A stretch of DNA of 64,000 bases from an uncultured Acidobacteriota bacterium (GTDB taxonomy: Bacteria; Acidobacteriota; Thermoanaerobaculia; Multivoradales; SZUA-115): NCBI GenBank assembly GCA_963805975.1, contig CAWDVR010000001.1:576001-640000 (forward strand), given 5' to 3'. A program made the translations under genes and the position numbers. Positions within the stretch are counted from its first letter, which is position 1; each line of letters begins with the position of its first letter. The notes beneath the pieces are model-generated. The model was not told the DNA's origin and searched no databases. It was given only the letters and a program-made list of their open reading frames with translations. Below, in pieces: positions 57,194-64,000 of the stretch.

Positions 57194-58579
57194 GTGACGC
57201 GCCCCACCCATCCCGGTCCGCGCATCGCTCTCCTCAGCCCGAAAGGGCCGCTCTATCGCCACAACGGCGGCATCTTCCGCCAGACGCTGCGCTACATGCC
57301 GTTGACGCTGCCCACCCTGGCGGCCCTGGTGCCCGCGGAGCTGGGGGCCGAGATCGCCTGCTTCGACGAGGGCATCGGCGATGTGCCGCTCGACCTCGAG
57401 GCCGACCTCGTGGGCATGACGGTGATCACCGGCTCGGCCCCCCGCGCCTACGAGCTGGCCGCGCACTTCCGGAAGCGGGGCATGGCGGTGGTGCTGGGGG
57501 GGCCGCACGTGACCCTGGTGCCGGACGACGCGCAGCCGCACGCCGACGCGATCGTGGTGGGCTATGCCGAGGAGGAGTGGCCGCGGCTGCTCCGCGACTT
57601 CGCCGCCGGCGCGCTCCGGCCGCGCTACGTCCAGTCTCCCGATCTCGACCTCGCGCTCTCGCCGCTGCCTGACCGTAGTGTGCTGCCCCGCCGCAAGTAC
57701 CTGACGGCGGACGTCTTCGAAGCCACGCGCGGCTGCCGCCACGCCTGCGACTTCTGCGTGGTGCCGGCGGCCTGGGGGAGGAGGCCGCTGCAAAAGCCGG
57801 TGGAGCACGTGGTCGAGGACATCCGGCGCCGCCGGGCCCGGCGGGCCATCTTCGTGGATCTGAACCTGATCGCCGACAAGGAGTACGCGGCGCGGCTCTT
57901 CACCGCCCTGATCCCCTTGCGGGTGCAGTGGTTCGGCCTCGCCACGACGCTCCTCGCGGAAGACCTTCCGCTCCTCGACCTCGCGGCCCGCAGCGGCTGC
58001 CGGGGGCTCCTGATGGGGCTCGAATCGATCTCGCGCACGAACCTCAGGGGCTCGAAGAAGGGATTCAACGACCCCGAGCGCTTTCCCGAGGTGGTGCACC
58101 GGCTCCATGAGCGCAAGATCGCCCTCCAGGGCTGCTTCGTCTTCGGTCTCGACGAGGACAGACCCGAGGTGTTCCTCGAGACCGCCCGTTTCGCCGTCGC
58201 CGCGCGGATCGACCTGCCGCGTTTCGCCATCGTGACGCCGTTCCCCGGCACCGAGCTCTACCGGCGGCTGGACGGCGAAGGCCGGATCCTCTCCCGCGAC
58301 TGGCAGCGCTACGACGGCCAGCACGCCGTGTTCCAGCCGCTGCACATGACTCCCCGCGAGCTCGAGCTGGGCACCGAGGCCGCCTGGAAGCACGCCTACA
58401 GCGCCGCCGGCATGGTGGCGCGGCTGCGGCACACGGCGGCGCCCTGGAGCGTGGCCCTGCTCTCGAACCTGGGGTACCGCCACTACGCCCACCGCCTGCA
58501 CCGTTTCTACACCTGCGATTGGGGCCTGGCGACGGCCGGCGGATGGTTGCGGCCCGCGCTTCAGGCGAGGGCAGGATGA
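57194..58579 (+). CDS. B12-binding-domain radical SAM protein 1
   Basis: N-terminal PLTLPTLAAL..VVLGGPHVT..VVGYAE; TRGCRHACDFC (CxxxCxxC); GLES, FVFGLDED and TPFPGT. Confidence 0.9.
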   Translation: MTRPTHPGPRIALLSPKGPLYRHNGGIFRQTLRYMPLTLPTLAALVPAELGAEIACFDEGIGDVPLDLEADLVGMTVITGSAPRAYELAAHFRKRGMAVVLGGPHVTLVPDDAQPHADAIVVGYAEEEWPRLLRDFAAGALRPRYVQSPDLDLALSPLPDRSVLPRRKYLTADVFEATRGCRHACDFCVVPAAWGRRPLQKPVEHVVEDIRRRRARRAIFVDLNLIADKEYAARLFTALIPLRVQWFGLATTLLAEDLPLLDLAARSGCRGLLMGLESISRTNLRGSKKGFNDPERFPEVVHRLHERKIALQGCFVFGLDEDRPEVFLETARFAVAARIDLPRFAIVTPFPGTELYRRLDGEGRILSRDWQRYDGQHAVFQPLHMTPRELELGTEAAWKHAYSAAGMVARLRHTAAPWSVALLSNLGYRHYAHRLHRFYTCDWGLATAGGWLRPALQARAG

Positions 58580-59436
58580 GGGTCGACCGCTCGCGCTACT
58601 TCCTGAGCCCCGCGGTGACGCCGTTCGCCTACACCGCGGCCTACGCCGGATGGAACGAGGAGCGCCGGCGGCGCTCGAACCAGCTCACGGCCCTGGCCTT
58701 CAACGAGGGCATCGCGTTCTTCGAGCGGGTGTTCTCGGGCAGCTTGGAGGCGGTGAGAGACCGGCTCGCGGAGAGCGACGAGCTGGGCGCCCCCCTCGAC
58801 CTGTTTCTCGCCGACGAAGCGCGCCACGCCGCCGCCTGGGACGCGCTCAACCGCGCCGCCGAGCCCCGCTACTACGGCGGCAAGGAGATCCGGCCCCTCG
58901 TGCCGGTGTCGCCCCGGCTCGGCCGCGCGATCGTGGGCCTGGCCGGCAGGCCGCGTCTCTTTCCCGTCGTGTTCTGGGTGATGCTGGCCTTGGAGGAGCA
59001 CTCGCTCCACATGACCCGCTGCTGCCTCGGCCGTGGCCGGGAGGCCATCGACCCTGCGTTCCGAGAGGCCTATCGCGAGCACGCGCGGGACGAGGCCCGC
59101 CACGTGCAGGTGGACCTGCGCCTGATCGAGCGCTTCTACGCCCCCCTGCCGTGGCCGCTGCGGTGGATGAACGGGCTGCTGTTGCGCACCCTCCTCCATG
59201 GTGTGCTGCTGGCGCCCGGGCGCCGGGCCCGTGCCGTCCTGGCCCGGCTGGTCGAGGAACAGCCGGAGCTGGCGGTCGAACGGCCGCGGATCGAGCGCGA
59301 GCTGTCGCAGCTCGGCCGGGACCGCGGCTACCTGGCGATGATGTACTCGCCCCGAGCCACGCCGTTGTTCTGGCAGCACCTCGGCCGCTTCCCCGAGCTG
59401 CGCTCCACCCGGCGCCGGCTGGAGGCCGCGGCATGA
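58576..59436 (+). CDS. Ferritin-like diiron oxygenase (AurF/CmlI-like fold)
   Basis: ATGA coupling; E..FFE, DEARH, LEE and EHARDEARH carboxylate/His ligand pattern. Confidence 0.75.
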   Translation: MRVDRSRYFLSPAVTPFAYTAAYAGWNEERRRRSNQLTALAFNEGIAFFERVFSGSLEAVRDRLAESDELGAPLDLFLADEARHAAAWDALNRAAEPRYYGGKEIRPLVPVSPRLGRAIVGLAGRPRLFPVVFWVMLALEEHSLHMTRCCLGRGREAIDPAFREAYREHARDEARHVQVDLRLIERFYAPLPWPLRWMNGLLLRTLLHGVLLAPGRRARAVLARLVEEQPELAVERPRIERELSQLGRDRGYLAMMYSPRATPLFWQHLGRFPELRSTRRRLEAAA

Positions 59437-59446
59437 GAGCCGAGAC

Positions 59447-60772
59447 ATGAGAGTCACGTTTGTGAGGCCGGCCATCGGCGGCGTCCGCTCGTTCGACGCC
59501 ATGGAGCCGCTGGCCTTCGCCCTGCTCGCGGCACGCACGCCGGGCGAGGTGGAGCTGGCGCTCTACGACGAGCGGCTGGAGCGGGTGCCGGTGGAGGAGC
59601 CCACCGACCTCGCGGCGCTCACCATCGAGACCTACACCGCCTGCCGGGCCTATCAGTTGGCCGCCGCCTTCCGCCGCCGGGGCGTGCCGGTGGTGGCCGG
59701 GGGCTACCATCCGACTTTTCTGCCGGAGGAGGCCCTGCGGCACGTGGATGCGGTGGTGGTGGGCGACGGCGAAGAGGTGTGGCCGGAGCTGCTGGCCGAC
59801 GCCCGGGCCGGCAGGCTGGCCCGGCGCTACCAGGGGCAGGGGTTTCCCTCCCTGGCCGGCCTGCGTTTCGACCGCGCGATCTTCGCCGGCAAGCGCTACC
59901 AGCCGGTGGCGCCGGTGCAGTACGGCCGGGGCTGCCGCTACGCCTGCGACTTCTGCTCGATCCACGCCTTCTACGGCGCGAGCGTCCGCCAGCGCCCGGT
60001 GGGCGAGGTGGTGGACGAGATTCGCGCCACCGGCCGGCGCTTCGTGCTGCTGGTGGACGACAACCTGTTCGTCGACGCCGAGAAGGCCCGCGAGCTGTTC
60101 TCGGCCCTCGCGCCGCTCGGCATCTCGTGGGGCTGCCAGGTGTCGATCGACGTCGCCCGCGACCCGGAGCTGCTCGCCGCCATGGCCAGGAGCGGCTGCA
60201 TCGCGGCGCTCATCGGCTTCGAATCGCTCGCCGACGGCAACCTGCGACAGATGAAGAAACGCTGGAACCTGGCCCTCGGCGACTACCCGTCGGTGGTGGC
60301 CCGCTTCGCCGAGCACGGGATCATGATCTACGGCTCGTTCATCTTCGGCTACGACGAGGACGACCGGACCGTCTTCGACCGCACGGTGGAGTTCGCCCTC
60401 GACAGCCGGCTGTTTCTCGCCAACTTCAATCCGCTGGCGCCCACCCCCGCCACCCGGCTCTACGCCCGGCTCGAGGCCGAGGGGCGGCTGCTCTCTCCCA
60501 CCTGGTGGCTGGACCCCGACTATCGCTACGGCGACATCGTCTTCCAGCCGGCGAGGATGTCGCCCGCGGACCTCGCCCGGGGCTGCGACCGTGCCCGCCG
60601 CGGCTTCTACCGCTACGGCTCGCTGTGGAGGCGGGCCTGGGAGCGGCGCAGCAACAGCCGTTCGCTCGGGCGGCTGTCGATCTTCCTGGGCGCCAACTGG
60701 ATGTCGCGCCGGGAGCTGGCGACCAAGATCGGGCGCCGGCTGGGTGGCCAGGACCTTCTGGCGGCGGCCTGA
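59447..60772 (+). CDS. B12-binding-domain radical SAM protein 2
   Basis: MEPLAFALLA..VVAGGYHPT..VGDGE; GRGCRYACDFC; DDN, GFES and FIFGYDED. Confidence 0.9.
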   Translation: MRVTFVRPAIGGVRSFDAMEPLAFALLAARTPGEVELALYDERLERVPVEEPTDLAALTIETYTACRAYQLAAAFRRRGVPVVAGGYHPTFLPEEALRHVDAVVVGDGEEVWPELLADARAGRLARRYQGQGFPSLAGLRFDRAIFAGKRYQPVAPVQYGRGCRYACDFCSIHAFYGASVRQRPVGEVVDEIRATGRRFVLLVDDNLFVDAEKARELFSALAPLGISWGCQVSIDVARDPELLAAMARSGCIAALIGFESLADGNLRQMKKRWNLALGDYPSVVARFAEHGIMIYGSFIFGYDEDDRTVFDRTVEFALDSRLFLANFNPLAPTPATRLYARLEAEGRLLSPTWWLDPDYRYGDIVFQPARMSPADLARGCDRARRGFYRYGSLWRRAWERRSNSRSLGRLSIFLGANWMSRRELATKIGRRLGGQDLLAAA

Positions 60773-60773
60773 G

Positions 60774-61721
60774 ATGAAGACCACGACCACGAAGCCCGGC
60801 CCGCGTGCCGCGTACCCCGTTCCGGCCCGGCTCAACCTGGCCATCGTCGCCGTGCAGATCGCGCTCGCCCTCGGCATCTTCTGGCTCGCCGCGCGCGCCC
60901 ACGCCCCCTGGCACCTGGTGGCGCTCGCCCTCGCCTTCGCCGTGGTGGGCAATTCGATCTATTCCTCGCTGCACGAGGCCGAGCACCGCATCCTCCATCC
61001 CCGCCGGGTAGTGAACGAAGGGCTGGGCGTGGTGCTCGGGCTGTTCTTCCCGGCGCCTTTCCACCTCTTGCGGCAAGGCCATCTCGGCCACCACCTGCGC
61101 AACCGCTCGGACGACGAGGCCTTCGACTTCTACTTCGCGGGCGAGAGCCCGCTGTGGAAGCGGGTGCAGCTCTACGGCACCTTGACCGGCCTCTTCTGGC
61201 TGGTGATCGTGCTCTCGAACCTGGTGGTGCTGGTGCGGCCGCAGGCCCTCACCCGCCGGCGGTTCGAGTTCGACCGCCCGACGGCGGCGCTGGTGGACTC
61301 GTTCAACCCTGCCTGGTGGCCGTGGATCCGGCTGGAGGCGGCGGCGGTGATCGCGCTCCACACCCTCCTGCCCTGGGCCCTGGGAGTCCCGCCGCTCTCC
61401 TACCTCGCGGTGTACTTCGGATTCGGTTTCACCTGGTCGGCGATGCAGTACGTGCACCACTTCGGCACCGAGCGCGACGTGATCGAGGGCACCCGCAACC
61501 TCGCGCTCTGGGCACCGCTCGACCTCGCCTGGCTGAACCACGGCTGGCATCTGACGCACCATCGCCACCCCACGGTGCCGTGGGTGCACCTGCCGCGCCT
61601 GAGCCGGTCCGAGAACCCGCGGCGAGAGCAGATGCTCTGGCACTACCTCAAGATGTGGCGCGGCCCTCGCCGCGGCACCGAGCACGTCGAGAACCGTTAT
61701 GACGGCCGCATCATCCGCTGA
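60774..61721 (+). CDS. Membrane fatty-acid desaturase family protein
   Basis: His boxes HEAEH, HLGHH and HLTHH plus YVHH; TM helices. Confidence 0.87.
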   Translation: MKTTTTKPGPRAAYPVPARLNLAIVAVQIALALGIFWLAARAHAPWHLVALALAFAVVGNSIYSSLHEAEHRILHPRRVVNEGLGVVLGLFFPAPFHLLRQGHLGHHLRNRSDDEAFDFYFAGESPLWKRVQLYGTLTGLFWLVIVLSNLVVLVRPQALTRRRFEFDRPTAALVDSFNPAWWPWIRLEAAAVIALHTLLPWALGVPPLSYLAVYFGFGFTWSAMQYVHHFGTERDVIEGTRNLALWAPLDLAWLNHGWHLTHHRHPTVPWVHLPRLSRSENPRREQMLWHYLKMWRGPRRGTEHVENRYDGRIIR

Positions 61722-62416
61722 CCGCACGGACCTGCCGCTGCCGGCCTTCGCTCTGCCCGCCGGGCGGCGGCTGGCGATGGTGGCGCTCGGCTACATTCCG
61801 TTGCTCCATGCCGGCGCCGTCACCGCCACACTGGTGCTGCCGCTGCTCCGGCCTCTGGCCTCGCTGGGCGTGGGCGCTGGCGCCGCCGACCCTCTTCCTG
61901 CTGCCGCCGCTCGTGGTGCGTCTCGCCCTGCTCGTTCGGCCGCTGGCTGCGGCCTCGATCGAGCTCGGCTCCGGCGCCTTTCTCCTCTGGTGGTTCACCG
62001 CCCAGTGGCAGGCGATCTTCAACCGCCTGGGCTTTCTGGAGGAGCTCCTGCGGCTGGTGCCGGGCCTCTACGGCGCCTGGCTGCGGCTCTGGGGCGCCAG
62101 GGTGGGCCGCCTGGTGTACTTCTCTCCGGAGTGCCGGGTGGTCGACCGGCCGTTCGTCGTCCTCGGCCACCGGGTTCTGCTCTCGATCGGCGCGCGGCTC
62201 TCGCCGCATCTCGTCAGCCGCGGGCCGGATGGCGTGGCGCGGCTGCTCCTGGCGCCGATCGAGATCGGCGACGGCGCGATGATCGGCGGCCACTCCTGGT
62301 TGGGGCCGGGGGCCTTCGTCGCCCCGGGAGAGATGACGCCCGCCGTCTACGCACTGCCCGCGTTCTCCCGCTTCGAGGGCGGCAAGCGCACCCACCATCA
62401 CCCCACCCTGATCTGA
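61699..62416 (+). CDS. Membrane-anchored acyltransferase-like (left-handed beta-helix type) protein, apparent frameshift near 61850
   Basis: TM segments then WLRLWGARVGR..LSPH..IEIGDGAMIGGHSWLGPGAFV. The N-terminus is in the 61699 frame and the remainder in the 61808 frame. Confidence 0.62.
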
Positions 62417-62434
62417 CGGCGAAGCGAATCGACC

Positions 62435-63127
62435 ATGAGCCCCGCCAGCCTTCGCCGCCGTGTTGCCGCCCACCTGCCGCTCAAGCTGGGGCTGACGGGA
62501 GCGTTGCTGGCCGGCGTGTCGCTCGGGTACTTCGGGGTGCAGCGGTTGCGGCTCGTGGCGCCGCTCGCCGTGCCCGGGACCTGGCTCGGCAGTGGGCTCG
62601 ACCGCGCCGTACCCTTCGACCCGAGCTGGACCGGTGTCTACCTCTCGCTCTATCTGCTGACGCCGATCCTGCCCTGGGCCACCGCCGACCGGCACTCGCT
62701 GCTGCGCTATGGCCGCGGCTTCGCCGCGCTGGCAGCGGTGTCGTTTCTCTTCTTCGCGCTGCTGCCGGTGGAGTCGCCGCGGCCGGACACGCTGCCCGAC
62801 CAGGCGCTCTATCGGCTGCTGACCTCCGTCGACGGTACCCTCAACGCCTTTCCCTCTCTCCACGCGAGCCTCGCCATCTACTCCTGGCTGTACGGCCGCC
62901 GGCTGCTGGCCGCGGCCCCGGCCGGCAGCCGGCTCGCCATTCTGGGAGGCCTCGCGCTGTGGATCGCCCTGATCTTCTATTCCACGCTGGCCACCCGCCA
63001 GCACCAGGCCCTGGACCTCGCCGCCGGTGCCCTGCTGGCCTGGGTCTGCGACCGCTGGGCCTGGCGCGGCAGCGCTCGAGCTGCCGGGTCGACATGGATC
63101 GAGCTCACCAGGAGGGAAGCACCATGA
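62435..63127 (+). CDS. PAP2-superfamily membrane phosphatase/phosphotransferase (Aur1/IPC-synthase-like)
   Basis: NAFPSLH and STLATRQHQALDL motifs; about six TM helices. Confidence 0.85.
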   Translation: MSPASLRRRVAAHLPLKLGLTGALLAGVSLGYFGVQRLRLVAPLAVPGTWLGSGLDRAVPFDPSWTGVYLSLYLLTPILPWATADRHSLLRYGRGFAALAAVSFLFFALLPVESPRPDTLPDQALYRLLTSVDGTLNAFPSLHASLAIYSWLYGRRLLAAAPAGSRLAILGGLALWIALIFYSTLATRQHQALDLAAGALLAWVCDRWAWRGSARAAGSTWIELTRREAP

Positions 63128-63741
63128 CCAAGCCGAGCCTCGCCCTCGGTCTCGCTCTCGCCGTCTGGGTGGCGCTGCCACTCGCCGCGGAAGACTCGCC
63201 CCAGGCAGTCTCCTCGCCAGCGGCTGCTTCCGAGGAGGCGGATCACGAGGCCCTGCGCGCGCTCCGCGCCTTGTACGAAGAGGCGGCGGCGAAAGGTGAT
63301 CCTGCCGCGCTCGAGCCCCACCTGGCGCCGGACTTCACCGGCGTGATGATCAAGGGCAACGAGGTAGTGGGCTACGCCGGCCTCGCCGAGTTCTGGCGCG
63401 GCGTCCAGCAGCAGATGGGAGAAGGCGGGCACTACAGCGTGCAAGTGCTGGCGGCCGAGAAGAGCCGGATCTTCGGCGACATCGCCCTGGCGCGGGGCTC
63501 CACCGAGGACCGGATCGTCACCGGTGCCGGCCGTGAGCTCCGCTTCACCAGCCAGTGGACGGCGGTCTGCCAGAAGATCGACGGCCGGTGGAAGCTGCTC
63601 CGAGTCCAGGGCACCCTCGATCCCTTGGACAATCCCTTCCTCGACGGCGTGGTGGCGGCCCGCAGCTACCAGGTGGGCGGACTGGCGCTCCTGGCGGGCC
63701 TGGTCCTGGGCTTCCTCGCCGGGAGAAGGCGCCGGGGCTGA
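63124..63741 (+). CDS. Exported NTF2/DUF4440-like protein with C-terminal TM anchor
   Basis: ATGA coupling; signal peptide; HLAPDFTGV and WTAVCQKIDGRWKLLRV; C-terminal hydrophobic helix followed by RRRR. Confidence 0.75.
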   Translation: MTKPSLALGLALAVWVALPLAAEDSPQAVSSPAAASEEADHEALRALRALYEEAAAKGDPAALEPHLAPDFTGVMIKGNEVVGYAGLAEFWRGVQQQMGEGGHYSVQVLAAEKSRIFGDIALARGSTEDRIVTGAGRELRFTSQWTAVCQKIDGRWKLLRVQGTLDPLDNPFLDGVVAARSYQVGGLALLAGLVLGFLAGRRRRG

Positions 63742-63744
63742 TCC

Positions 63745-64000
63745 ATGCTGGCGGCGAGCCTCTCCGCGTCCGCGGCCCCCGCCCGCCGGCTCTTCGCCGA
63801 ACCGGGCGTGGTGGTGCGCGGCTGGTACGTCGCCGCCCCGTCGCGCGAGCTCGAGGCGGGCCGGGTGAAGGCGGTGGAGCTCGGCTCCCGCCGCCTCGCC
63901 GTGTGGCGCGACCGGCAGGGTCGGCCGCACGCCTGCGACGCCCGCTGCCCGCACCTGGGCGCCGATCTCAGTCAGGGTGAGGTGGTGGAGAAGGGTCTGC
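63745..64000 (+). CDS. Rieske [2Fe-2S] oxygenase, N-terminal part (truncated by the window edge)
   Basis: Translated by hand: GWYVAAPSREL..LAVWRDRQG..DARCPHLGADLSQG. Confidence 0.85.
   Translation, partial: MLAASLSASAAPARRLFAEPGVVVRGWYVAAPSRELEAGRVKAVELGSRRLAVWRDRQGRPHACDARCPHLGADLSQGEVVEKGL

Noticed and set aside
57194-64000. Radical SAM cluster as a RiPP pathway
   Set aside because: No precursor peptide, SPASM/RRE domain or peptidase is visible, and the partner enzymes are lipid-type. The downstream part is outside the window, so this is not fully excluded.

Overview
High-GC bacterial chromosomal DNA, most likely Acidobacteriota (inferred from the PadR plus ADOP duplicated-permease pair and the general gene content). 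I see no rRNA, tRNA, CRISPR array, transposase or prophage. The window contains, in order: (1) a general-stress islet (ligD, SDR, FAD/Rieske oxidoreductase, YciF-like ferritin, Q/G-rich disordered protein); (2) a cell-surface locus around a small secreted protein ending PVELQSFTIE, with two TMTC-like GT-C/TPR proteins, a TPR lipoprotein, a CRTAC1/ASPIC-UnbV protein and a His-motif membrane protein; (3) housekeeping and accessory genes (pruA, an ABC/DesKR-like module, hflX, an RRM protein, leuS, rocD, a MrfA-MrfB-like helicase-exonuclease fusion, LOG, fdhD, TerC); (4) a second cell-surface operon headed by an otherwise dissimilar secreted protein ending PVELMSFEAD, followed by two parvulin-type PPIases, a Thr-type sulfatase-TPR lipoprotein and a membrane/spermidine-synthase-like fusion; (5) the start of a putative lipid-tailoring operon (two B12-binding radical SAM enzymes, diiron oxygenase, desaturase, acyltransferase-like protein, PAP2, NTF2-like protein, Rieske oxygenase). 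The best candidates for an undescribed system are the shared 10-residue C-terminal PVELxSFxx[DE] motif, whose two genes are followed by near-identical hairpins, and the radical SAM/oxygenase lipid cluster. About six single-base frameshifts in otherwise intact genes look like long-read assembly errors. All family calls come from motif recognition by eye; no database searches were run.
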